Shown here one piece after another: positions 53,430 through 64,000 of a stretch of DNA of 64,000 bases. Source of the stretch: Mobula hypostoma (Eukaryota); NCBI RefSeq assembly GCF_963921235.1, contig NC_086124.1, forward strand, positions 23,932,001 through 23,996,000, in the 5' to 3' direction. The notes below the pieces were generated by a model, which saw only the letters and a program-made list of their open reading frames with translations, ran no database searches and was not told the origin of the DNA. The stretch's first letter is position 1; every line of letters starts with the position of its first letter. The translations under genes were made by a program, and so were the position numbers.

Positions 53430-56165
53430 GTCATCCCTACTCTTTTTTCCCTCTCTACCAACCAATTTTCTATCCCTGTCCGTACCCTACCCTTAATACC
53501 ATTTACTCTAATTTTGCACGCTAACCTCTATGTGGCTTTCTGAAAGTCCAGGTACAGTACATCCACTGGCTTTCCCATGTCGATTTTTATAGTTACATTC
53601 TCAAAAAAAATCCAGAAGATTAGTTAAACATCATTTCCCTTACGTAAATCCCTGCTGACTCGGACCTATCCTGCCACTGCTATCCAAATACTCCGCTATT
53701 ACATCTTTTATAATTAATTCCAGTATTTTCCCCACCACTGATGTCAGACTAATTGGTCTATAATTGTCTGTTTTCTCTCTCCCTCCTTTCTTAAAAAGTG
53801 GGATAACATTAGCTACCCTCCAATCCATAGGAACTGATCCTGAATCTATAGAACATTGGAAAATAATTACCAATGCGTCCAATGTAAAATTAAGTTACAA
53901 TCTAAATTGAAAAGCGTGAATACAGGACTGAAGGTGTCATATCTGAAAGCATGCAGTACACTAGAATAAGGTCGATGAACTTGTAGCACAGTTAGAGATC
54001 GGCAGGTATGATGTTGTAAGCATCACGGAATCATGGCTGAAAGAAGATTATAGCTGGGAGATTAATGTCCAACGGTACACATCGTATCGAAAGGACAGGC
54101 AGGAAGCCAGAGGAGCCAGTTTTCTTCTGTTGGTTAAAAATGTAATTTAATCATTAGAAATGGTTGACATAGGGTCGGCAGGTGTTGAATCATTGTGGAT
54201 AGAGCTTAGAAACTGCAAGGGCTATAAAGAGCCTGATAGGAGTTATATATAGAAATCCCCAAAAGGATCAAACGGGGTACAGAAAATGCATGTCAAAAAG
54301 GTAACCTTACAATAGTCATGGGGGATTTCAATATGCAGGTAGATTGGGTTGCTGTGGTATTCCAAGGGGGAAATTCCAGAATGCCTATGGGATGGTTTTT
54401 CAGAGCTGCTCGTGGTTGAGCCCTCTGGGGGATCAGCTATTCTGGATTGGGTGTTGTGCAATGAACTGGAATTGATTAGCGAGCTTAAGGTAAAGGGCCC
54501 TTGAGGGCAAGTGATCTTAATATGATCGACTTCACCCTGAATTCTGAGAGGGAGAAGCTAGGATGACATAACCATGGCAAACAAGGGCAGTCAGAGCCAA
54601 CATAAAAGCCAAAGAGAGGGCATAAAATAGAGGAAAACTTAGAGGATTGGGAAGTTTTTTGAAACCAGCAGAAGGCAACTAAAATGTTATTGAGGTAAAG
54701 ATAGAAGACTGGAAAATTACAAATGACTCTCCAGTCTTCAACAGGGGAGAGAGAAGAAGAAAGAAAATTATCGAACAATATGCCTGTCCTCAATAGTTGG
54801 GAAGACGTGGGAGTCGATTGTTAAGAATGTGGTTTCAGGGTACAAGGAGGCACATGATAAAACAGGCCATAGTCATCATGGTTCCCTCTGAGGAAAATCT
54901 TGCCTGACAAATCTACTAGAATTCTTTGAGGAAATAACGAGCAAAATAGACAAAGGAGAATCTATTGATGTTGTGTACTTGGGTTTTCAGAAGACCATTG
55001 ACAAGGTGCCACACGTGAGGCTGCTTGGTAAGCTACGAGCTCATGGTATCACAGGAAAGAATCTAGCATGGATAATGCAGTGGCTGACTGGCAGGAGGCA
55101 AAGACTAGGAATGAAGGGGGCTTTTCTGGTGGCTGCCGGTGACTACTGGTGTTCCACGGGGTCTGTGTTAGGACCGATTCTTCTTACAGTATATGTTAAT
55201 GATTTGGAGGATGGATTTAATGGTTTTGTGGCAACATTGCAGACGATACGCAGATAGGTGGAGGAGCAGATAGTTTTGCAGAAATAGAGAGGCTACAGAA
55301 GTACTTAGACAGATTAGGAGAATGGACAAAGAAGTGGCAGCTGGAATACAGTATCGGGAATTGTTTGGTCATATACTTCGATAGAAGAGGTTAAAGGGTT
55401 GACTGTTTTCTAAGTGGAGAGAAAATACAAAATCTGAGGCACAAGGGGACTTGGGAGTCCTTGTGCAGGATTCTCTGAAGCTCAATTTGCAGGCTAAGTC
55501 TGTGGTGAGAAAGTCAAATGCAATAGTAGAATTAAAACCAAGAGGACTAGAATATAAAAGCAAGGATGTAATAGTGAGACTTTATAAGGCACTGGTAAGG
55601 CTTCACTTTGAGTATTGCGAGCAGCTTTGTACCCGTTATCTTAGAAAGGATGTGCTGAAATTGGAGAAGGTTCAAAGAGGGTTCACGAAAATGATTCCAG
55701 AAATAAACATCTTATCATATGGAGAGTGTGTGATGGTATTAGGCTTGTATTCACTGAAATTCAGCATAATGAGGGGTGACATCATTGAAACCTATCAAAT
55801 GGTGAAAGGCTTTGATAGGGTGGATGTGGAGAGAATGAGCCCTATGGTGTGAAAGTCTAAGACAAGAGGGCATAGCCTCAGAATAGAGGGGCATCCTTTT
55901 AGGACATAGTTAAGGATGAATTTCGTTTGCCAGTTTGCGGTGAATCGGTGGATTTCGTTGCCACAGGCGGCTGCGGAGGCCAAGTCTTTATATATATTTT
56001 AAGGCAAAGGTTGAAAATTTCTTGATTGGTCAGGGCATGAAGGGATATGGGGAGAAGGCAGGAGATTGGGACTGAGAGGAAAAATACATCAGTCATGATA
56101 AAATGGCAGGGCAGACTCAACGGGTCAAATGGCCTAATTGTGCTCCTATATTTAGTGGTTTTGTC
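53430..56165. mobile_element. Unit B divergent CR1 fragments (- 53430-53880, + 53900-56165, more complete than in A)
   Basis: Same motifs. The + fragment continues through RLYKALVRLHFEYC into the 3' UTR. Confidence 0.85.
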
Positions 56166-56529
56166 GTCAATGATTTGCAGAAGCGATGATGAACTCGAAC
56201 TGTACCATCGGCTTCAGAGGACGATGGAGACAGACGTTTATCGATGGCCTATGCCCAAGTGAGTATGTAAGGTGAGTGAGTAAGGGTGTCAAAGGTGACA
56301 GGGAGAAAGTAGGAAAATTGAGTTGATGGGGGCATGAAATCAACCATGATGGGGTGATGGAGCAGGCTCGATGGGCTGAATAGCCTAAACCTGCTCTTCG
56401 GTCTTATTCTCACTGAGCAAAAACAGCTTCGTCCCTTCCTTCAGTTTTTTTGGAACCCAACCTTGTTATTCTATTTGTTTCAGTTATTTTGAACATTTAT
56501 AGCAATCTTTTTATGTCTTTCCCCGACCT

Positions 56530-56558
56530 TCACGTCACAGAGGTCAGTGATGATAAAT
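56530..56558 (-). pseudogene. Candidate short cytoplasmic-tail exon of the IgSF gene
   Basis: After a 79-nt intron, acceptor tattctcaaatcag| gives (D)LSSLTSVT-TGA in phase. Short, so it could be chance. Confidence 0.4.
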
Positions 56559-56637
56559 CTGATTTGAGAATAGTGCAGAGACGGTTTCCCAGTTTAATCC
56601 ACATTGATGAAGCTCTGTAAGCCTCTCAGCCACTTAC

Positions 56638-56751
56638 CCCTCGACGTGCAGCAGTACAAGATTCCAGTCACCACCATTGCGCACAGCCCGAGTATCCCCA
56701 GGACAGCTCCAACAATGATCAAAGCTTCATTCTCAACCAGTGCGTTGTGTT
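56638..56751 (-). pseudogene. Transmembrane exon of the IgSF gene (unit B only)
   Basis: 114 nt, phase 1-1, with donor G|gtaagt and acceptor ttttctcctgag| (non-optimal GAG). Encodes (E)HNALVENEALIIVGAVLGILGLCAMVVTGILYCCTSR, in frame with the C1 exon. Confidence 0.75.
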
Positions 56752-57029
56752 CTCAGGAGAAAACGTTGGAGGTTCTGTCGTTGTGCTAAGTCATGTTTCA
56801 TATCATATCATTAAGTTCAAAGCTAATTTATTATCAGAGTACTTACGTATATGTCAACCTATGCAACTCTGAGGTTCAATTTCCTGTGGGCATACTCGGC
56901 AAATCTATAGAGTAGTAACTAGAACGGGGTCAATGAACGATCAACTTGACTGCAGAAGACAACAAACTGTGCCACTGTGCTGTGCAATAAATAAATAGCA
57001 TCAAATAACCAGAAACTGAGATAAAGAGT

Positions 57030-57430
57030 CCTTAAAGAGAGATCATTGGTTGTAGGAGCATCTTAATGGATGGACAAGTGAGTGTAATCAAGACCCAGAT
57101 GGCTGAGGGGTGGTAACTGATTCTGAACCTGGCGGTGTGAGTCCCGAAGCTCCTGTACCTTCCACCTGATTGCAGCAGCGAGAGAAGTGCATGGCCTGGG
57201 TGGTGGGGATCTCTGACAAAGAATACTGCTTTGCTACAACGTTGTTTCATGTAGATGTCATCAATGGTTGGGAGGGCTTCACCCGTGATGTACTGGACCA
57301 AATCCACTATCTTTTGTAGGATTTTCCATTCAAAGGCATTGGTGTTTCCATACCAGTCTGTAATGCAGCCAGTCAATTCACATCCAGAAAAGTTTGCCAA
57401 AGTTTCAGTGTCCGGTCAAATCTCCAGTGA
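57030..57430 (-). mobile_element. Rex1/Babar-type LINE 3' fragment (unit B only)
   Basis: LTGCITDWYGN..DPHHPGHALLSLLQSGGRYRS. Confidence 0.75.
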
Positions 57431-57647
57431 CTCCTAAGGAAGTAGGGACAAGTCTACTTCCTTAAGAGGTGACTTGTTGTGAGCAGCTCCCATGGGAATC
57501 ATCAAATATTCCCATTGTTCAGGACTACAACAGCTGAAATGCGTGGTCACGGCTATGGTTACTTCAGTAAATAACACATTTCACTACGTATCCCAAAGAT
57601 ATTAAACCTGATTCTGTTTTGTAAAGGCATGTTCAATGTACGAGGAG

Positions 57648-60600
57648 CAGCGGCAGCGCTAAGGTGGTGCTAGCTGGGGCTATAGCACCAGCAGAAATTG
57701 CAATAGCTCCACCATAGCACCACCAAGAAATTAACTGCAGCTGCTTTGCTTTCTCTGTATAGTTTTTAAAACAGCCTGTTTCCCCAGTTGATCTACTGAA
57801 ATAGCACCCCCAATTACCGTAGCAACCACGCAGCAATACAGTTACAAACTCTCTCAGATCCACTCTACACTTCTGCTTATTCGTTCGTTGTCAATGTCTT
57901 GCTGTTGCGTTCCTCAGATCAGTTTAGCTGATCAAAGGCCACCTAAGCTTGTGATGTCACTCACTCTCACTCACGCGAGAGATTGATAGTATACATCCAG
58001 GCGCAGATCCGTGGTCTCGCGAGACTAACGGATGCCACACGCGCGCACTGTGCTTTTACAAGCGAGCGTGGGCCTGGCACGTGCATTATTTTGGCCGGCG
58101 TGAAATATTGATCGATTTTTAATCAGGAAACGACCTCATCCAGAGGAATCAGTGGTGTCTCTGCCTGAACATGTCTTAATTGAAAGTGACATGCAGAAAG
58201 AAGTAAGTGGGGATGAGGACGACAGCAGTTCATCGAGGAGTGCGAGGGCGAAGTAGAGGAACATGAAATGGAGCGGGATTCGGAAGAGAACGTGGATGAA
58301 GCTGCTCTTAGTGCGAGTGGAAATACTGTTAGCGATGATAGCCAGCAGCCTGAGGAAGGACCCCGGCGGCCAGCATTGAAAAAGTACCCTTCGCAACAGT
58401 TTGGCAAACACAAAGGAGTATTCATAGCTGGTTTGACGTATATTCCTTGCTGGAATATTCAATCACAAAATATGCTACATTCTGCTTCGCATGCAGACAT
58501 TTCCTCTGTGGAGGACCTGGGTTCTATTCTGAGACTACCTTCACTGTCACCGATTACCGCAACTGGCGGAAAGCTACAACAGCTTTCAAAACCCACCACC
58601 TAAGTACAGCTCATAAGTTGGCTATGGAGGCATGGGGCGAATTCAGATTGAGAAAACAAGACGGTTCAAGATTGGGAAATATGCTTGATAAAAGACATGC
58701 AAACATTGTCCAAGGAAGTCGTGAGTATATGTGAGCAGTGGTTGAGTCTCTACGCTATACTACGTGCCAAGGCATTGCCCGGCGAGGATACCGGCAGAAT
58801 GGTGGATCTGGCAATAGGGGAAACTTTGTTGAGTTGCTCAGTGTAATTGGGAAGTTTGATAAGACAGTAGCTAAAAAGAAGAATAGAGGACAATCCTGGA
58901 AATGCAAAAAACCCCCATCACCATATCCAAACTGAAATTATGATTATTATGGCAGATATGGTCGAACGTCAAATAAGTGCAGAAATCCAGGAGGCTGGAT
59001 ATTTTGCCAGCATGATGGATGAAAGTAAGGACTTGAGTAAAAAGGAGCAAGTATCAGTGGTGGTGCGGTATCTGAATAAAGAAACAGTGCTTGAAGAATT
59101 CTTGCACTTCTCTCCAGCAGAAGGGTTGGACGCAGAGTCGCTTCTTAAAAGCATTGAACAGACGCTCGCCCAGTGTGTTATTGATAAGAACGCGTGTATA
59201 GGTCAGTGTTATGACGGGGCGGCAGTGATGTCCGGGTGCAATAACGGGGTATAAGAGAGGCATTATATATACACTGCCATGCTCACAGACTTAACCTTGT
59301 TTTAGTGGATGTTGTGAGCAATGTACCAGAAGCGGGTGAGTTTTTTTTAAACTGTGCAGCTGCTTTACAACTTCTTTTCAAACTCTGTTGCCCACAGTCT
59401 TTTCATGAAGAAACAGAGAGAAGTGGACTCAACTGCACAGCCCGTGGAGTTGAAGAAATTGCCAGATACACACTGGGCATGGCGGTATACAGCTTTGTAC
59501 ACCATAAGGAAATCACTGTCTGCCATTCTAGTTACACTACATGATATTATGGTTCAACCAAATGCACGGAGGCAAACGGAGGCCAGAGCTCTAAATGGAC
59601 TGATTGACGCGCAGTTTGCTTTACTTCTCACTCTGTTTGAGGATTTACTCCGAGTCACTAAGTTCATGTCAGACCAGCTACAATCTCCCAGTTTGGAGCT
59701 TTCATCCGCTGTGGACTTGGCTCAGTCTGTTTTCGATGCACTCTCAGCAAAACGGGGAGAGGAATCATGAAGTGAAATTCAGACAAGAGCTAGGGATCTG
59801 TGCGTCAAGGCCGGTGTACAGAGCAGAGCACATGAAAGGAGACGGGCCCAGCCACCCCGCCGCCTACATCATTTTGTTGTTGAGGCCCAAACTGAACGCA
59901 TACCTGTCAAATCCTACGATGACCTTCGCAGCCACAGATTCTATCCAGTTATAGACAGACTTCTGACTGAAATGGAAAGACGGTTCTCAATTGAGACTGG
60001 GGGTGTTCTGACTGGAGTCTTGGCATTGACTCCGAAACATAAGTTCTTCCTCGACAAGAATTGTCTTTGGCCAATGTCCCAATACTATGGAGTGACTGAA
60101 GTGAACCTGACTGCAAAGCTACATCAGGTTCGGCTTCTGCTGGAAACAAAACAAAAGGAAGGACAGACAATGATTGACACAGTGGAATTTCTGGCTCTAA
60201 TGAGACCCGACACGATGCATTTATAGATTTATAGAAATTAATCTGCATATCACTGACTCTGCCTGTTACATCTGCCTCATGCGAACGGAGTTTCTTTTGC
60301 CTCAGACGCGTCGAAAACTACTTAAGGAACAGCAGCGGCGATGCTCGGAACAGCAAGTTGGCTCTGTTGGCAAAAAACAGCCGGAGGACCAAAGCACTTG
60401 ACATCCAGAAAATCATTGATCCTTTCGCCACCAATCACAACAACAGACGGATTTTGCTTGTCTGAAAATATTAATGGTGAGTGCAGTTGATTTTTTCAAA
60501 ATCTGGGCCAGGACTAATGCTGATTATTATTATTATTATTTTGACGTGGATACCCCGTAGTCCTTATCTTTCCTGCAGATCCTAAAATATTACATTCACT

Positions 60601-61188
60601 GCTATTAAGCCTATTTGTTTTGCCTGGATCTCCAAACGGTGATTCTGTTGATTTTTGTTTTAAATTCAGTAGCCGAACTAATTGAGGTATTGCATGGTCA
60701 GACTACGATTTGTCCAACGCCTAGTAAAGTCTTGCATCTGTTATTTGCCTTGTTTGACTTTAATAACGGTGTATCGTTTGGCATTGCTGTCTATGTAATG
60801 CGATTAGCAGTGGGTTAGTTTTGTGTTTTTCAGTTGAAAAGCACGCATTAGACGCTGATTGCGGGATTGGTGCGTGATTCACGTTGTCCGCTGTTGCTCG
60901 GATACTGTTTGTTTTTTTTCTTTGTTTGTGCTCCGTGTAGCCCAGGTTGTCCTCGATGCCGTGTGACAGTGTAACAGTTCACTTCTATATTAGATCTATC
61001 AATTGCTTTTGCTTGTGAATCAATAGAGGCATTTACCGTAAGCACATTATGCTTGAAACTGACTTCTTGACGCCACGCGTCTGGCCTTGCGAATACATAT
61101 TACCAGACAGGGCATCCCTCAGCACCATTACTGAATCATTCAGCCCCTCCGAAGCACCAGCAAGAAAAATTCTCTTGCGCCGTCACTG
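57648..61188 (+). mobile_element. hAT DNA transposon with both ends, ZMYM1-like/DUF4371-type transposase pseudogene
   Basis: Imperfect TIRs cagcggcagcgc / cagtgacggcgc (9/12), 8-bp TSD acgaggag / acgaggcg and subterminal agcacc repeats. Motifs FCFACRHF, DESKD, CYDGAAVMSG, HCHAHRLNL and CERSF are split by stops and frameshifts (~58450-60465). Confidence 0.88.
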
Positions 61189-62404
61189 ACGAGGCGCATT
61201 TGATGGGTCTGGACCTGTACTCACTGGAGATTTGAAGAATGAAGGGAGATGCTATGAAATATTAGAAGTCCTGGATAGAGTGGACAAAGAGAGGATGTTT
61301 CCTATACCTGGGCCTTAGCACTCAGATCTGCAGCTGGATCTTCAACTTCCTCACAGACAGAACCCAGGCTGTAAAAATAGAGGACAAGCTCTCCTCTGCA
61401 ATCACTCTGAGCACCGGTGCCCCACAAGGCTGTGTATTCAGCACCCTGCTGTACTCACTGTACACCCATGATTGTGTAGCCAATTTTCCATCAAACTCAA
61501 TAGATAAGTTTGCTGATGACACAAGAATTGTAGGCCGTAGCTCGGGTAATAATGAATATTTGTGATCCAGGGAGTGTGAAGCGCAGAATCAAATATCGCT
61601 GTGATGATTTTACGCTCTAGTACCAATTGTTTGGCGACAATAAAGTATAAAGTATAAGTATAAGCATAAGTGTAAGTATAGGAGGGGAGTCCAGGACAAG
61701 AGAGCACAGCCTTGTAATAGAAAGATATCCATTTAAAACAGAGATGAGGAGGAATTTCTTGAGCCAGAGGTTGGTGAATCTGCAGAATTTGTTGAGTTCT
61801 GTTCATTTGGGATGTGTAATTATTTAAGACGCATACGCACTCTCCCAGTTATACGCGTGCACGCGGAAGGAGGAAGAGGAACTGTGGGAGGTAAATGTGG
61901 CGGCCTTGGGTATTGAACGGAGGCATACAAAGTAAAGTGGTTTAAACAAAAGGAAAATGTGTCTTTGCTGTTTGGCCGTTATCAGTGGTAGCGGTGGACG
62001 TTTACCATCTATCGACCTCTGGGATATGGGCCCTGCGCACTACTGAGTATGTTTGAAGCAGAGATCGATAGGTTCTTGATTGGAAAGAACATCAAAGGTT
62101 ACGGGGAGAAGTCAGGAGACTGGGCTTCAGCGAGACAATGAATCTGTCACGATGGAATCCCAGAGTAGACTTGATGAGCCAAATGGCCCAATTCTGCTCT
62201 TAGGGCTTATGGTTTTATGGTATCTAAGCTGTCTGACTTGATTCTCACAATTGACAGCAGAGAGGATGAGAGAGGTCTTGAGCAGTTGGAACTTGCTTCT
62301 GGACAGAAACGGGCCACGATGGATTCTGTGTCAAGTTGACATCAGTGAGAATACGGTGCTGTTGAAGGGGTCAGGCGACATTTCTCCAACTTGCCCGTTG
62401 TTAC

Positions 62405-62674
62405 CTAGAGGTATCATGAGCTTCCCACTGACAGCCTCGTGTTCCATCTGACAGACGTACCCCTGGCTGTCTCCATCCAGGGGACGGACACTCCTAACTT
62501 GAAAGGTTCCATTGCTTTGAGGGACAACGTTGGTCGTGTCTGATCCATTGTCAGCTACTTCCCCGTTTCTGAACCAGTGCACTTTAATGTCCCGGGGGAA
62601 GAAGTTCTTGGTCGTGCACACCAGATATATTTAACCCCGTTTCTTCTGTGTCAAGGCTCTGGTGTGGGTAGGAG
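62405..62674 (-). pseudogene. Ig C1-set domain exon, unit B copy, in-frame stop
   Basis: 270 nt, phase 1-1. Encodes PTHTRALTQKKRG*IYLVCTTKNFFPRDIKVHWFRNGE..NGTFQ..YVCQMEH, with two Cys 55 aa apart and Trp at Cys+14. TAA at 62633-62631 (GAA in unit A). Confidence 0.88.
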
Positions 62675-63199
62675 CTGTGAAGGAATTGGAGAACAGTGTA
62701 TGGGTTCAAAGTAGCTTAGCTCTCTTGTGACTGGACGGTATGGACAGAACTTCACCCTGTGTCTGAACCCGCGAGTATGTGATAGCACAGTGTACAGGGG
62801 GCTTCACTCTGTGTCTGACTCCAGGAGTGGCAGATTGTGAGATCAAGAGTCCATTTTATCATACGACAGAACCACTTAATACTTTTATAACAGCGGGGAG
62901 AAGCTGTCCTTAAGCCTGGTGGGATGTCCTTTCATGCTTTTGTATCTTCTGCCCGATAGGAGAGGGGAGAAGTGAGAATCTCTAGGGGTGGGTGGGATCT
63001 CTCATCATTCTGGCTGCTGTACTCAGGCAGCGAGATGTCTATTGAGGGGACGCTGGTTTCCGTGATGTGCTGAGATGTGTCCATGGCTCTCCGCTGTCTC
63101 TTGTGGTCACGGGCAGAGCAGTTGCCGCACTGAGCGTCGATGGATCTGGAGAGCGAGCAGAGGGCACGTTCTAACCAGCTGATCCGCTATACTGCCGGG

Positions 63200-64000
63200 A
63201 ACTCTGCACCTCTGGCCCGTACCACTGAACGGACCGAGCGTGGGCGACACCTCACACATACACAGACAAGCAAATATTAAACTCCACCCCTCATAGCCGC
63301 CAAGATCTTATATAAGACAATAGGATATAGGACCAGAATCCAACCACTCAGTCGATCGAGTCTGCTCTGCTGTTCCACAATGGCTGATTTATTATCCCTC
63401 TCAACCTCACTCTGCAGTTTTCTCCCAACTTTGTCTTTGCTAATCAAGAGCCGGTCAACCTCCACTTTAAATCTCCCCAATGACTTGGCCTCCACAGCGT
63501 TTTTGGCAATAAATTCCACTCACTGGCTAAAGAAATTCCTCCTCGCCTCTGTTCTAAACATCTAACAGCTTGTGGGAGCTTGTCCACATTACCACACTCG
63601 GTTGTAAGAATCTTAAGTGACTTTATGTGTTTTCCATCTTGGTCCCAGAGGAACGATTTTTCATTTAGCTGTATATAGGTGTATGGCTGAAAGACAGTAA
63701 ACTGGAAATAGATCAAATAGAATGATGGCCTCTATTGTGAGGGACTTGGCATATGGAAGCACAGATGAATGTTTATAACGATGTTGGTAAGACCATGCCT
63801 GGTGTACTGTGTACAGTTCTGATCTTGGTCCTTAATGCAGAATACCTTTTCAGGGTGAGGTCTGGAGATGAAGGGATTGATATATAAGGGAAGGTATGAA
63901 CAGTTAGGGTCTACACTTGAGAGAGAGAGAGAAAGACATCAAGGTTGTGCGGACTGTCATCTGTGTAGGTGCAATGAAAGCCATAGAACATATAACACAG
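63200..64000. repeat. Start of third unit C
   Basis: 63200-63325 matches A 1-126 and 63693-64000 matches A ~603-910. The A 126-602 equivalent is replaced by other sequence including a minus-strand CR1 3' fragment. Confidence 0.9.

Larger units (their letters stand above)
24978..63199. repeat. Tandem segmental duplication unit B (38.2 kb), containing an internal ~13-kb duplication
   Basis: Collinear with A. The segment equivalent to A 790-14095 occurs twice (B1 25767-38782, B2 38792-~50633). Confidence 0.95.

Noticed and set aside
56181-56258. Plus-strand 78-nt exon-like segment (ttgcag..gtgagt) encoding SDDELELYHRL..
   Set aside because: Opposite strand to the Ig gene, no partner exons, and not a proper ITIM.
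1-64000. CRISPR arrays, rRNA, tRNA genes or prokaryotic operons
   Set aside because: No regularly spaced repeats or RNA-gene signatures seen. The content is intron-containing vertebrate DNA.

Overview
Eukaryotic, repeat-rich vertebrate DNA, most likely a cartilaginous fish such as a ray. That is inferred from the CR1/Rex-Babar/Penelope/hAT repeat landscape and the GPCR family. The ORF track uses bacterial-type starts and ignores introns, so most of it is noise. The window is a tandem segmental-duplication array: unit A (1-24977), unit B (24978-63199, with an internal ~13-kb duplication B1/B2 joined at 38783-38791) and the start of unit C (63200-64000). The units carry two-exon class A GPCR genes of the GPR139/GPR142-like orphan type on the minus strand: two intact 383-aa genes and one pseudogene. 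On the same strand are exons of an immunoglobulin-superfamily membrane protein that the ORF track does not resolve. There is a 270-nt C1-set exon in both A and B, plus a 114-nt transmembrane exon and a probable short tail exon in B only. Both Ig copies are damaged, each differently. The rest is nested transposon debris, including one hAT element with both TIRs and an 8-bp TSD, inverted Buster-type MITEs and a young Penelope-derived insertion with a hammerhead core. The copies show gene-conversion tracts, mosaic ancestry and templated-insertion junctions. All alignments were done by eye; repeat-fragment boundaries are approximate.
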